A stretch of DNA of 64,000 nucleotides, taken from Chlamydiia bacterium. Lineage in GTDB: Bacteria; Chlamydiota; Chlamydiia; Chlamydiales; GCA-2402025. The notes under the pieces are model-generated. The model was not told the origin of the DNA and ran no database searches. It saw only the letters and a list, made by a program, of their open reading frames with translations. Numbering within the stretch: position 1 is the first letter of the stretch; each line of letters starts with the position of its first letter. The DNA lies in assembly GCA_022601395.1 (NCBI GenBank), contig JAJACS010000001.1, forward strand, positions 10,299-74,298, written 5' to 3'. A program made the translations under genes and the position numbers. Shown piece by piece: positions 17,611 to 27,355 of the stretch.

Positions 17611-18777
17611 TTAGAAGTCCCAACGGATGCCTAGTGTAACACCGTACATTCCAACGTTATTTCCTCGAACACCTAAACTACTTGTATTTGCTGAACCATT
17701 ATCAGCTAGTTGTCTGTATGCATCCCAGAAAATTTGGTTCTCATATCCTAGGCTAATTCCGATGTGTTGCTTATCATTGTAGATGTACTTGTCATAAGCA
17801 AGACCTAGCTCAAAGTGAGCAGTAGGAGTTAGTCTGTGGAATTTTTGTTTAAATCTGACTACATTCTGTTCGTTCGCGCTGAACCAGCTTTTGTACTTCA
17901 TTTCGTAATATCCGAAAAGTAGAGCACCGTCAACGTTACCGTACATGCTAAATCCGTTAGTTAGGTACCACTTTGAGTTAACACCAGCACGTGGTCCCAG
18001 TCCCCAGAAGTCGCTGTTTTGTCTAACGTGGATCGTATCATTACCTAAACCATGAACATTTAATTGGCCTGCAGCAAAAGCTGTACCACCACCAGCATAT
18101 CTAGTGTCTTGGTCAATTTTTATCCAAGATGTCTTTAAACCGAAGTGAGGTCTAAAAGATAAATTTCTTGATACAAAGTAGTTTCTACCAAGTTCGAAGT
18201 TGATGTTATCAAAGTCCATTTTGAAGTTAATGGCTGCTGATGTACAAAACGTCGGAGGAAGTTCTGCTCCTGTAAGAAGGTCAGCAGCTGAAACTGCCCC
18301 TAGAAGAAATTCAGCAGTTGATGGAAGTAGAGCTGAAGGCGGCTTAGCACCTGTTTTATTTCCAGCACTCTGGTCGAAGTATGTATACTCTATAGCTCCA
18401 TCCCAACCATCGTGGAAAAAGTTGTATCCTAAACCAACTTTAAGACCGAATTCAAAGCTAAACTCAACTTCTTTTAATCTTCCAATTGCTTGAATTGGAG
18501 AGTCTGTTACAGCTTGGGTTGTTGATACATACTGTGTACCGTCAATTTTAGACTGCCAATATAGTACGTCAAGACTTAAGAACCAGCCTTGTCCACTTGG
18601 TTCAGGTCTAGCAAGCGCTGTTTTAGGACCGAATGTTCCCATTACAGTTGTTGTAGACATCATGTCTACTTTCTTCTCAAGCTCATGAACTCTCGTATCT
18701 AGATCTGGTCCAGCAAATGCTGAAGCGGAAATAGCAAATGCTGCCAGTGACGCTGTTGTTTTCTTTAGTATCTCCAT
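17611..18777 (-). CDS. beta-barrel outer-membrane porin, array paralog 4
   Basis: AFAGPDLDTRVHELEKKV, FWGLGPRAGVNSKWYLTNGFS, YIYNDKQHIGISL and C-terminal GIRWDF. It carries two extra Ala/Gly-rich insertions relative to paralogs 2 and 3. Confidence 0.8.
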   Translation of the reverse strand: MEILKKTTASLAAFAISASAFAGPDLDTRVHELEKKVDMMSTTTVMGTFGPKTALARPEPSGQGWFLSLDVLYWQSKIDGTQYVSTTQAVTDSPIQAIGRLKEVEFSFEFGLKVGLGYNFFHDGWDGAIEYTYFDQSAGNKTGAKPPSALLPSTAEFLLGAVSAADLLTGAELPPTFCTSAAINFKMDFDNINFELGRNYFVSRNLSFRPHFGLKTSWIKIDQDTRYAGGGTAFAAGQLNVHGLGNDTIHVRQNSDFWGLGPRAGVNSKWYLTNGFSMYGNVDGALLFGYYEMKYKSWFSANEQNVVRFKQKFHRLTPTAHFELGLAYDKYIYNDKQHIGISLGYENQIFWDAYRQLADNGSANTSSLGVRGNNVGMYGVTLGIRWDF

Positions 18778-19245
18778 TCATTTACCTCATGAAAATGTTT
18801 AAATTTTTAAACCTTTGTAGTCGCTTCGAAGGCTTGCCTAAACCCAAAAATAAAACGATCGACCTTTGGTACACTTGTATACAAAACTTTTCGATTTAAA
18901 ATAAATTGTTTTTTCAAAAAATTCTCAAAACCCCGCTCTATAAAAGCGGCTCTTTTTACAAGTCAATCTTTTCTACTTACGAAACGATCCTCTAATTTCT
19001 ATATTTCCACACGCACAAAAGCAGCTTTGGCGCTTTTCTCTACGTTTGTTTTTTTTTACTATTTAAAAAATACCAAACGCCAGAAACATTATTTCCTAGT
19101 TCCAGCTATATAAAACACTCTAATTAAATAAAATGAAAAACTTTTAAATATCTTAATGATTTATTCTCCTGTTTATATTGCTTATTTAGAATAGCGCTTA
19201 GAACAAGCTAGGAGTATACTTTAGTTTAAGATCCGTGGAGAAAAA

Positions 19246-19271
19246 AAGACGCACTTTTTTAAGCGCGTCTT
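19246..19271 (-). terminator. rho-independent terminator downstream of paralog 5
   Basis: 11-bp stem aagacgcactt / aagcgcgtctt (one mismatch) with a 4-nt loop. T run on the minus strand (revcomp of 19239-19245). Confidence 0.65.
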
Positions 19272-19296
19272 TTAATTATACTTACATTTGTTGTGA

Positions 19297-20445
19297 TTAA
19301 AAGTCCCAACGCACTTCAAGTGTCACACCTTGAATGGATACATCTTCAGAAACTGATGAAGCTGATACATTACTAGCGTTAAAGTTAGGAACCATCATTT
19401 GATTTGCTCTCCATAGATACTGCGTGTCATAACCAAGACTAATACCGATGTGTTGCTTATCATTATAGATGTACTGATCATATGCAAGTCCAAGAATTAA
19501 GCTTGCAGCAGGAACGATTCTATGGAAATCATTCTTTAGATCATGAACATTTGCTGGGATTGCTGAGAATGTAGTTCTCATTCTTGTTTCAAAGTGTCCC
19601 CAAAGTAACGCTCCTGAAACATCTCCAAACACACTGAATCCATTAGTTAGATACCACTTTGTATCAAAACCTGTTCTTAAACCAAGTCCCCAAAAGTCAG
19701 ACTTATCGTTAACTTCTACAGTATTGTTACCAAGGAATGTTAGGGCTACAGAACCGCCTGAAAGGATATTATCACCACCTGAGTAGCGAGTTGTTTGTTT
19801 CAGGTCAAGCCATAGTGCTCTTAGACCAACATGAGGTCTCAAGGAAAGGCTTCTTGAAACAAAATAGTTTCTTCCAAGCTCTAGATTGATGTTATCGTAG
19901 TTGTATTTAAAATCTGACGTTGCAAGTGTGCAATACTGAAAGCCTGAACCATCAAAAAGGTTGTGATCGTTTACAACGTTGTTACCCTTAAGAGCCACAA
20001 TGCCTGCTGGAGAACTTACAGAACTACGTGAACTATCTGAGGGTCTGTAGTATGTGTATTCAAGGTGCGTGTCCCAACCATCATGGCAAAATTTGTACCC
20101 AAGACCTACTTTAAATCCCCAAGCCCAATCAGGATCTACCTGCTTAAATGATCCTACATTTGTATTGCCTGTTGCAGCAACATTCGCGCTTGTCTGCGCA
20201 TACTCTGTTCCACCAACTTTAGTGTGCCAGTACAGCGCATCAATGTTAAGCCACCAACCATTGCCGTGAGGCTCTGGCCTTGCGTTTGCTGTCTTTGCAC
20301 CATCAGCGCCGTTTGCGGTTTTGGTGTAAACTTTTTCCATTTTGGTTTCTAGTTCTTTAACCCTGGTGTCCATATCTGCAGCGAAAGTGCAGGATGAAAT
20401 GCCAAGAGCTAAAATTGTAAGCGTCTTTGTGCTTAAATTTCTCAT
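19297..20445 (-). CDS. beta-barrel outer-membrane porin, array paralog 5
   Basis: FAADMDTRVKELETKMEKV, FWGLGLRTGFDTKWYLTNGFS, YIYNDKQHIGISL and C-terminal EVRWDF. Confidence 0.8.
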   Translation of the reverse strand: MRNLSTKTLTILALGISSCTFAADMDTRVKELETKMEKVYTKTANGADGAKTANARPEPHGNGWWLNIDALYWHTKVGGTEYAQTSANVAATGNTNVGSFKQVDPDWAWGFKVGLGYKFCHDGWDTHLEYTYYRPSDSSRSSVSSPAGIVALKGNNVVNDHNLFDGSGFQYCTLATSDFKYNYDNINLELGRNYFVSRSLSLRPHVGLRALWLDLKQTTRYSGGDNILSGGSVALTFLGNNTVEVNDKSDFWGLGLRTGFDTKWYLTNGFSVFGDVSGALLWGHFETRMRTTFSAIPANVHDLKNDFHRIVPAASLILGLAYDQYIYNDKQHIGISLGYDTQYLWRANQMMVPNFNASNVSASSVSEDVSIQGVTLEVRWDF

Positions 20446-20612
20446 TACTTATACCTCTTGCATATAATGATTTATATAGCTCGGCAATTCAGACACCAAA
20501 AAGAGCCTATTGCCTAGGCCCATTCATATAGCAGGGTCTTATTTAATAAAATGAAATTATTAAAATTTATTTCGATCTACATATTTGTATGGAGGGATTT
20601 TGGACAAAAAAA

Positions 20613-20634
20613 AGAGGTAGAAAACTCTACCTCT
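20613..20634 (-). terminator. rho-independent terminator downstream of paralog 6
   Basis: 8-bp stem agaggtag / ctacctct with a 6-nt loop, followed on the minus strand by T8 (revcomp of 20605-20612). Confidence 0.7.
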
Positions 20635-20665
20635 TTATAAGACTATTCTTAAAGCAGATGTTGGA

Positions 20666-21778
20666 TTAGAAATCCCATCTTACTTTAAAAGTAATACCAT
20701 GCATGCTTACATCTTCAGAAACTCTTTCGTACTTGTTTGAAGCAAAGTCATCTATACGAAGAGATTGGTTAACTCTCCAGTAGTAGATGTTTTCCCAACC
20801 AAGTGAGATTCCGATGTGTTGCTTATCATTGTAGATATATTTATCGTAAGCAAGTCCTAGAACAAGTTGAACGTTCGGTGCAAATCTGTGCATGTTCGCC
20901 TTGATTCTTATTTTTGCGTTTACGTCATTTGTAACTTCTTCTTCGTGACAAACTTCGTAGTATCCCCAAAGTAAGGATCCTGCAACATCACCGAAGATGC
21001 TAAACCCATTTGTAAGGAACCATTTAGAATTTAATCCAGCTTTCGGACCAATTCCCCAGAAATCATTATCGTTTCTTACTTTGAAAGTGTTTTGTCCAAG
21101 GATGTCGCCACCACAGTACTGTACCACTTGAGTAAGGTTGATCCATGAGTTTCTGATACCGAAGTTTGGTCTGAATGACAGACTTCTTGAAACGAAGTAG
21201 TGTCTACCAAGTTCTAAATCTAAGTTATCATAATGGTACTTAAAGTTGCTTGTTCCAAGTTCACAGTGTGTAAGTTCGGAACCGAATGGAATGGCAGTTA
21301 ACGCTGCGTTTCCTTGTAGAGGAATAACAGATCCGTTAGATCCTACGTTTACTTTAGAACCATCAGATGAATACCAGTATGTATAATTAAGGTATGCATC
21401 CCAGCCATCATGATCAAAGTTGTAACCAAGGCCTACTCTGAAACCCCAAGTCCAATCAAAATCATTTTCTTTTGTTCTACCTTGCAAAGGAAAAGCTGAA
21501 GCTGAATCATCGTCTGTATAAGCATACTCTGATCCACCTACTTTTCCGTGCCAAAGTAAAGCTTCTATTGTTAAAAATGCACCACTACCATCAACCTCTG
21601 GACGAGCAACCGCTGTTCTCGCTCCAAAAGTTCCAGCAGCAGTTTCTGTACGCACTTGTTTCATTTGTGTCTCCAAGTGCTGTAGTCGAGTGTCCAAATC
21701 TGGACCCGCAAAAAGAGAAGCTGATGCAGCTAGTGTAGCTACCGCAACAGATGCTCTCTTAATTAGGTTTTTACTCAT
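20666..21778 (-). CDS. beta-barrel outer-membrane porin, array paralog 6
   Basis: LFAGPDLDTRLQHLETQMKQVRTETAA, FDWTWGFRVGLGYNF, FWGIGPKAGLNSKWFLTNGFS, YIYNDKQHIGISL and C-terminal KVRWDF. Confidence 0.8.
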   Translation of the reverse strand: MSKNLIKRASVAVATLAASASLFAGPDLDTRLQHLETQMKQVRTETAAGTFGARTAVARPEVDGSGAFLTIEALLWHGKVGGSEYAYTDDDSASAFPLQGRTKENDFDWTWGFRVGLGYNFDHDGWDAYLNYTYWYSSDGSKVNVGSNGSVIPLQGNAALTAIPFGSELTHCELGTSNFKYHYDNLDLELGRHYFVSRSLSFRPNFGIRNSWINLTQVVQYCGGDILGQNTFKVRNDNDFWGIGPKAGLNSKWFLTNGFSIFGDVAGSLLWGYYEVCHEEEVTNDVNAKIRIKANMHRFAPNVQLVLGLAYDKYIYNDKQHIGISLGWENIYYWRVNQSLRIDDFASNKYERVSEDVSMHGITFKVRWDF

Positions 21779-21996
21779 TGCCTGACCTCATGGTGTTTAT
21801 ATTTAAAGTCTATTCTTCCCTTAATCCTCGTATAAAACATATTAATTATTTTTTAAAACAATTTTTTGTTTTTATTTTTTATAATTTAGTTTTATTACAG
21901 ATAATAATTTTTTATTTAAAAAGCAGGGGAGAGGAAAAGACTTCTATATTCATTAAAAGAGAATGACTTAAGTGTTTATGGATAGAATCTATTATA

Positions 21997-23148
21997 TTAG
22001 AAAAATAATTCCATACGAAAAGTAACCCCATGAAAACTTATATCTTCTGACTCTCTTGCAAAACGAACAGATGATGAGTTTACAAGGTTTGGTGTCGGAC
22101 CAGTTCTTACTGCTCCTTCTACAACGATCTTATCTTCTTGTCTGAAAAAATACTGCGCTTCGTAGAAAAGTTTGCACAGAAAAAAGAAACGATCGTCGTT
22201 ATAAGACCTTTCATAGCAAAGGCCTAGTTGAAATTCTGAAAATGGAGAGTAGTGATGGTTAGACCCTTTTATATTTGCTGTTCCAAAAGAGACCACCTGG
22301 TTTCCATCCTGAATTCTTGATTCATTTGTTTTGTAGAAGTCTTCACACTTATAGTACCCATATAGTAGAGCTACAGAAGCTTCTGTAAGAATAGAAAAGC
22401 CGCCATCTAAATACCATTGGGAATAAAACCCTCCAAGTGGGCCTATTCCCCAAAACTTACAAGAGTCTCTTAGTTGAGATGCAAAAGAGACTAAGCTACC
22501 AGACCTTGTGTCAAATTCATAACGCGAATCTTGCTTTTGACTGATCCAAGAGTTTTTTAAACCAAAGTATGGTTTCATCATTAGTTTGCTGCTAATAAAA
22601 TATGCTTTTCCAAGGTAAAGGCTTAGGTCGTAATAACTTAACTTGTAGGATGATTTAGCACACAACGCCGGATCTAGAAATCCTGTAAGACCTAAAAAAC
22701 CAGAAGGAAGGTCTTTTCTAGATCCTGATGAGTCAGAAGCCTTGTACCTTGTGAACTGCAAAAACAGATCCCAGTCATTATGAGTTGTTTGCATTCCAGC
22801 TCCAACTTTAAAGCCCCAATCCCAACCAAAGTCTACTTCTACAATACTGCCATTTTGAGGAAATGCAAGTCCTTCTGTTGGAGGTCTATCCACCGAATAA
22901 GCGAAGGAGCTATCACCAACCTTTGCTTTCCACAAAAGCACATCAACGCTAAGCAACCACCTACAGCCAAAAAAACTTTGACCCGTAGGAGCGAATTTAG
23001 CTCCTATATTACCCATTTGAGTAACAGTGCTTACCTCAAGCATTTGTTTTTCAAGATCTGAAATACGATCTTCTGGGCTTGCGCTAAAAAGTGTAACACT
23101 CAAAGTTACAAGGAGAAAAAGAACCTCTTTAACTCTGAACCTTACCAT
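21997..23148 (-). CDS. beta-barrel outer-membrane porin, array paralog 7 (divergent member)
   Basis: Signal peptide, DRISDLEKQMLEV, FGWDWGFKVGAG, FWGIGPLGGFYSQWYLDGGFS and C-terminal FRMELFF. Confidence 0.75.
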   Translation of the reverse strand: MVRFRVKEVLFLLVTLSVTLFSASPEDRISDLEKQMLEVSTVTQMGNIGAKFAPTGQSFFGCRWLLSVDVLLWKAKVGDSSFAYSVDRPPTEGLAFPQNGSIVEVDFGWDWGFKVGAGMQTTHNDWDLFLQFTRYKASDSSGSRKDLPSGFLGLTGFLDPALCAKSSYKLSYYDLSLYLGKAYFISSKLMMKPYFGLKNSWISQKQDSRYEFDTRSGSLVSFASQLRDSCKFWGIGPLGGFYSQWYLDGGFSILTEASVALLYGYYKCEDFYKTNESRIQDGNQVVSFGTANIKGSNHHYSPFSEFQLGLCYERSYNDDRFFFLCKLFYEAQYFFRQEDKIVVEGAVRTGPTPNLVNSSSVRFARESEDISFHGVTFRMELFF

Positions 23149-23256
23149 ATAAAACTACCGTTGATAAATTAACGACTTAACAAAGTAGTTAGCTTGGGTA
23201 ATTTTTTCAAGTTTTCCTTTATAACCTATAAAAAAAATAGCTGTGTGTCTTTATGA

Positions 23257-24228
23257 TTAAAGGTAGTGGGAAGCGTAATAAGCAGAACCTAAAAGGGCTG
23301 TAGTCTCGTTAAGAACGATTTTTACAGGAATCGCAGAAAGAACTTTTTCAAACCGACCTTTTTCTGTAAAAGCTTTCATAAAGGCTGGCGTTTTGAACTT
23401 TTCTAGAATTTTAGGGGCTATGCCTCCTCCTAAAAAGACCCCTCCAAGTGCATAAAACTTTAAAGCTGTGTTTGCAGCCTCTGATCCGTAAAGAGAAACA
23501 AACCAATCAAGGGTTTTAACACAGGCCGGGCACGAACCGGATAGTCCTTTTTCAGAAATGCACCTCGCAAGAGAGCTTGGATCCATCTCTTCTGGATGCG
23601 CAGGCTTTTCCTTTTCGGTGTCGACCAGAAAATTGTAAAGGTTTTCAAGCCCGGGGCCCGAGAGAATTCTTTCAAAAGAAACGTGCGGTCCAAATTTTTT
23701 ACGAAGATAGTAAAAAAGCTCAACCTCTTCTTCATCTCTTGGGGCAAAGTCACAATGCCCACCTTCGCATGCAAATGGGATGTGCTCTTTTTTATCCCAA
23801 AAAAGCCCCGCTTCTCCAAGCCCTGTACCTGCTGATATCAGCGCTTGGTTATATGAGGCTTCAACTCCCTTATTCAAAACAAAAAAGTCCTCATCCTTTA
23901 GTGTTTTTATTCCATAGGCGTTTGCTTCTAGATCATTAATTAAACCAACAGATGAAACATTTAGCTCTGCACCAACCTCTTTAGCATCTACAACCCAAGG
24001 AAGGTTTGTTGCGTTGCAAACATTATCTTTGATTGGCCCAGCAATTCCGAAACAAGCTTTAGTAATTTTTTCGCTTCCACTCTCCATAAATTTCTTCGCG
24101 ATACTTTTAAGGTTTGGAGAGTCTTTGCTCGGAAACTTTTGTTCACGAACGGGAATGTACACTCCGTCTTTTTCCTCATAAAGAGCTAGGTGTGTTTTCG
24201 TTCCACCTATATCCCCTGCTAGATACAT
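23257..24228 (-). CDS. glk: glucokinase
   Basis: MYLAGDIGGTKTHLAL, ISAGTGLGEA and ACEGGHCDFAP match the Glk family. The track start at 24246 is six codons upstream of this ATG. Confidence 0.8.
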   Translation of the reverse strand: MYLAGDIGGTKTHLALYEEKDGVYIPVREQKFPSKDSPNLKSIAKKFMESGSEKITKACFGIAGPIKDNVCNATNLPWVVDAKEVGAELNVSSVGLINDLEANAYGIKTLKDEDFFVLNKGVEASYNQALISAGTGLGEAGLFWDKKEHIPFACEGGHCDFAPRDEEEVELFYYLRKKFGPHVSFERILSGPGLENLYNFLVDTEKEKPAHPEEMDPSSLARCISEKGLSGSCPACVKTLDWFVSLYGSEAANTALKFYALGGVFLGGGIAPKILEKFKTPAFMKAFTEKGRFEKVLSAIPVKIVLNETTALLGSAYYASHYL

Positions 24229-24350
24229 AAACTTCCCTGTCTGCAAAAATGATTCAATCTATCCAAATACAAAAAAATGTGTCATGATTTATATACATAT
24301 GAAACAAATACGAAAAAAGAAAGTTTAATTTTTGAATTTAAGGAGAACAC

Positions 24351-25391
24351 ATGTCCGATCCAAATGAAGAAGCAAAGAAAAAAGCACTAGAGCTTGCTAT
24401 TTCTCACATTGAGAAACAGTTTGGCCAAGGTTCCATTATGACACTTGGACAACATAGCGCGAACAGAAGTTTCAGCACAATTAAAACAGGAGCTCCTTCT
24501 CTTGACATCGCTCTTGGTATAGGTGGTGTTCCAAGAGGAAGAATTGTTGAACTTTATGGCCCTGAGTCATCAGGTAAATCTACTTTAGCAACTCACGTTG
24601 TAGCTAACTGCCAAAAAGCTGGTGGAACCGCTGCTTACATCGATGCTGAGCATGCACTTGATCCATCCTATGCTGAAAAAATCGGAGTGAACTTAAATGA
24701 TCTGATGATTTCTCAACCTGACTGTGGTGAAGAAGCGCTTAACATAGCGGAGATGCTTGCTAGATCTAATGCTGTTGATCTTATTGTTATTGACTCTGTT
24801 GCAGCTCTTGTTCCAAAAAGTGAACTTGAAGGAGAAATAGGAGATGTTCATGTTGGCCTGCAAGCTAGAATGATGTCCCAAGCCTTGAGAAAGCTAACTG
24901 CAACTCTTGCGAAATCCAACACTTGCGCAATCTTCATCAACCAGATTCGTGAAAAAATTGGAGTGATGTTCGGAAATCCTGAAACAACAACAGGTGGAAG
25001 AGCTCTTAAATTCTACTCCTCAATTCGCATGGAGATAAGACGTATTGGAAGTATCAAAGGACCTGAAAACACAGACGCTGGAAACAGAGTAAAAGTAAAA
25101 GTTGTTAAAAACAAAATGGCCCCTCCTTTCAAAATAGCTGAGTTTGACATCCTGTTTAATGAAGGTATTTCAAGAGCTGGCTCTATCATTGACCTTGGTG
25201 TTGACCTTGGCATCATAGAAAAAAGAGGTTCTTGGTTTAGCTACAAAGGCGAAAGACTTGATCAAGGAAGAGAGTCTGTTAGAGAGCGCTTAAAAAATGA
25301 TCCTGCTCTAGCTGATGAAATCGAAGGGTTGATTCAAGAAAAAGCAAACCCTACTGTCGTTCCAAAAGAAGAACTAGCTTTAACGCCGTAG
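24351..25391 (+). CDS. recA: recombinase RecA
   Basis: [18 protein letters not shown] (Walker A), [24 protein letters not shown] and [28 protein letters not shown]. Confidence 0.95.
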   Translation: MSDPNEEAKKKALELAISHIEKQFGQGSIMTLGQHSANRSFSTIKTGAPSLDIALGIGGVPRGRIVELYGPESSGKSTLATHVVANCQKAGGTAAYIDAEHALDPSYAEKIGVNLNDLMISQPDCGEEALNIAEMLARSNAVDLIVIDSVAALVPKSELEGEIGDVHVGLQARMMSQALRKLTATLAKSNTCAIFINQIREKIGVMFGNPETTTGGRALKFYSSIRMEIRRIGSIKGPENTDAGNRVKVKVVKNKMAPPFKIAEFDILFNEGISRAGSIIDLGVDLGIIEKRGSWFSYKGERLDQGRESVRERLKNDPALADEIEGLIQEKANPTVVPKEELALTP

Positions 25392-25420
25392 GAAGTCTAT
25401 TCCAAATCAAAGTATTGCAA

Positions 25421-25449
25421 AAGGTGCACAAATAGTGCGCCTTTTTTTA
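25421..25449. terminator. hairpin between convergent recA and the polyprenyl synthase gene
   Basis: aaggtgcac / gtgcgcctt stem (one G-U pair) with a 5-nt loop, then T7 on the plus strand. It overlaps the stop codon of the minus-strand gene. Confidence 0.55.
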
Positions 25450-26319
25450 TTTCTCTTGAGAGTGAGAAAGAATTTTATCTCTTAATGTTTCGAAAGCTTT
25501 GGTGTAGACCCCAAGCTTGGTAGCAAGACTTTCAAAAGAAGATAGATGAGCGAGAAGAGTATTTGTTGCTTTTTCTTCTCCGACAAAGATTGCGTAATTA
25601 ATAGGAGTTTCTTTCTTAGAATCCTGATTCATATCACGAAGATCATCGGCAATTTGAAAAGCCATTCCAAAATGATATCCCATCTTCTTAACGTCTTCGA
25701 TAGCATCCATTGATGCTCCAGAAAAAAGCCAACCATACAAAAAAGCAACTTGGAAAAGTTTCACCGTTTTCTTCTCAATAATTTCAACAAGAAGGTCAAG
25801 TGTCAGGTCACCTGGAAATAGGTCCAAATACTGGCCTCCTGTGGCGCCTAAGATACCAGCTGCTTCTGCAACCTCTTTCAAAACACAGGTACACACCTCT
25901 TCTTTGTTTGACAAGGTTGAGAATTTGGTGTTTGTATAGATTTTTTCAAAACCAGCTGTAATTAATGCGTAACTTGCAAGAAGGGTTGTCGTTTCACCAA
26001 ATTTTTTATGTGTCGATGGTTTTTCTCTTCTTAAGTTGTCATTGTCCATGCACGGCAGATCGTCTGCAATCAGTGATGCAGTATGAAAAAACTCAATAGA
26101 AAGGGCTGCTTCCTTCACCTCTTGTTTTGAGCAAAGAGCTTCTGACATCATCATCACAATAAGAGGTCTGATTCGTTTACCTCCATTGACAAGAGCGTAT
26201 TCACAAGCGTCTCTCAGAGGAGTCTTCTCTCCAAAAAAACACATGTTTTCTTTAAGAAGTTTCGAAAACGTTTCTAGGGCCTCTGTAAAAGAAAAACTCG
26301 CGGATAATTGAGTGCTCAT
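25447..26319 (-). CDS. ispA: polyprenyl diphosphate synthase (FPP/GGPP synthase type)
   Basis: First Asp-rich motif LIADDLPCMDNDNLRR and second FQIADDLRD. Confidence 0.75.
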   Translation of the reverse strand: MSTQLSASFSFTEALETFSKLLKENMCFFGEKTPLRDACEYALVNGGKRIRPLIVMMMSEALCSKQEVKEAALSIEFFHTASLIADDLPCMDNDNLRREKPSTHKKFGETTTLLASYALITAGFEKIYTNTKFSTLSNKEEVCTCVLKEVAEAAGILGATGGQYLDLFPGDLTLDLLVEIIEKKTVKLFQVAFLYGWLFSGASMDAIEDVKKMGYHFGMAFQIADDLRDMNQDSKKETPINYAIFVGEEKATNTLLAHLSSFESLATKLGVYTKAFETLRDKILSHSQEK

Positions 26320-26324
26320 GTGCT

Positions 26325-26981
26325 TTATGCCTTATTTTGTGCTTGATGATAGTACCCTTGCAAACTTGAGCAAGGCTTACAAAAAAATCCTTTAGATAGA
26401 AGAGTGCCTGGGCTTGTTACTGAATTACAACCAAGTGAAGAGTCATCTCCAATGATAGCTCCGAACTTTCTTAAGCCTGTTTCTACTTTCTTCTCTTCAT
26501 GCTTAATGGTTACAAGAGAACCATTAAGTTTATAGTTAGCAAGAATCACTCCAGCACCAAGGTTGACATAGCTTCCTAAAATGGAGTCGCCAACGTAATT
26601 AAAATGCGGCGCTTTAGAGTGAGGGAGCATAATGCTGTGTTTGATTTCACTTGAGTGGCCTACGTTGCAAAAATCCCCAATTAATGAATATGGCCTAATA
26701 TAGGCGCTATGACCTATTTGAACATTTTGTCCAATAATGCAAGGCCCTTCGATATATGCTCCTGGAAAAATAGACGTGTTCTTGCCAATTGAAATTTTGG
26801 AAGCATTTACAAGAGTCGCATGCTCTGTTACATCAGATTCAATATGTCCAAGAGCGCTTTCATTGATATACTTCTCTAAAGAAGATAGAGCGTCCCATAA
26901 TGTTTTGCTGCTTGAGAAGAGATCTTTAAATGAACAGGATTCTAGATTAAAAAAATCTTCTACCTTAAGCGTGTTTATCAT
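26325..26981 (-). CDS. left-handed beta-helix (hexapeptide-repeat) transferase-like protein
   Basis: Successive [LIV]-G-x-x-x-x hexapeptide periodicity (IGKNTSIFPGAYIEGPCIIGQNVQIGHSAYIRPYSLIGDFCNVGHSSEIK...). Substrate unknown. Confidence 0.5.
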   Translation of the reverse strand: MINTLKVEDFFNLESCSFKDLFSSSKTLWDALSSLEKYINESALGHIESDVTEHATLVNASKISIGKNTSIFPGAYIEGPCIIGQNVQIGHSAYIRPYSLIGDFCNVGHSSEIKHSIMLPHSKAPHFNYVGDSILGSYVNLGAGVILANYKLNGSLVTIKHEEKKVETGLRKFGAIIGDDSSLGCNSVTSPGTLLSKGFFCKPCSSLQGYYHQAQNKA

Positions 26982-27271
26982 GATACTCTGAATACTTCAT
27001 CTAACTCTTTAGAATACGTCTCGCTCCTTTAAATTCCAAATCAATTTGAAACAAGAAACACACACCTCTTTAGAATATCTATATATATATTAGATATATG
27101 TAGTCTTTATTGAGTCCTGTGGAAGCTGTAGATAACCCACTATTTTATCTATGAAAATATAGGTGTTCACAAATTGTGCAGAGTTGTTGATAAGAGGTTC
27201 ATTTTGATGATAACTTTAGTTATTGAAAGCTTATGAAGGAATTGTGAACATAGATATGAACAGAAAAAAAA

Positions 27272-27346
27272 TCTGGGTGAGAGGATTTGAACCTCCGACC
27301 CCTAGCACCCCATGCTAGTGCGCTGGCCAAGCTGCGCTACACCCAG
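27272..27346 (-). tRNA. tRNA-Pro (anticodon GGG)
   Basis: Revcomp CTGGGTG TA GCGC AGCTTGGCCA GCGC A CTAGC ATGGGGT GCTAG GGGTC GGAGG TTCAAAT CCTCT CACCCAG A folds as a cloverleaf. U33, GGG, G37. CCA is not encoded. Confidence 0.85.
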
Positions 27347-27355
27347 AAGTAGTGA

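Noticed and set aside
15426-23061. Antisense ORFs inside the porin genes (15426-15683, 15865-16062, 18200-18493, 20054-20269, 21472-21738, 22780-23061), and similar shadow ORFs inside thrS, the inverse autotransporter, recB and others
   Set aside because: Each is fully nested opposite a longer ORF with strong family evidence. These are typical shadow ORFs and there is no independent support for any of them.
27075-27100. AT-dinucleotide run (atctatatatatatattagatatatg) as a possible repeat element or CRISPR-like feature
   Set aside because: It is a single short low-complexity tract in an AT-rich intergenic region, with no spacer/repeat periodicity.
27164-27250. Inverted 11-12-nt repeat TGTTCACAAATT ... 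AATTGTGAACA (with an internal palindrome CACAA-A-TTGTG) upstream of the hexapeptide-transferase / ispA-like operon, as a possible operator
   Set aside because: It could be a regulator binding site, but a single pair of this length in AT-rich DNA cannot be distinguished from chance without comparative data.
27272-27346. tRNA-Pro and tRNA-Ala (59293-59365) as integration sites of genomic islands
   Set aside because: No integrase or recombinase ORF is adjacent to either tRNA, and neighbouring genes are housekeeping or conserved chlamydial genes. I did not exhaustively search for duplicated tRNA 3' ends.
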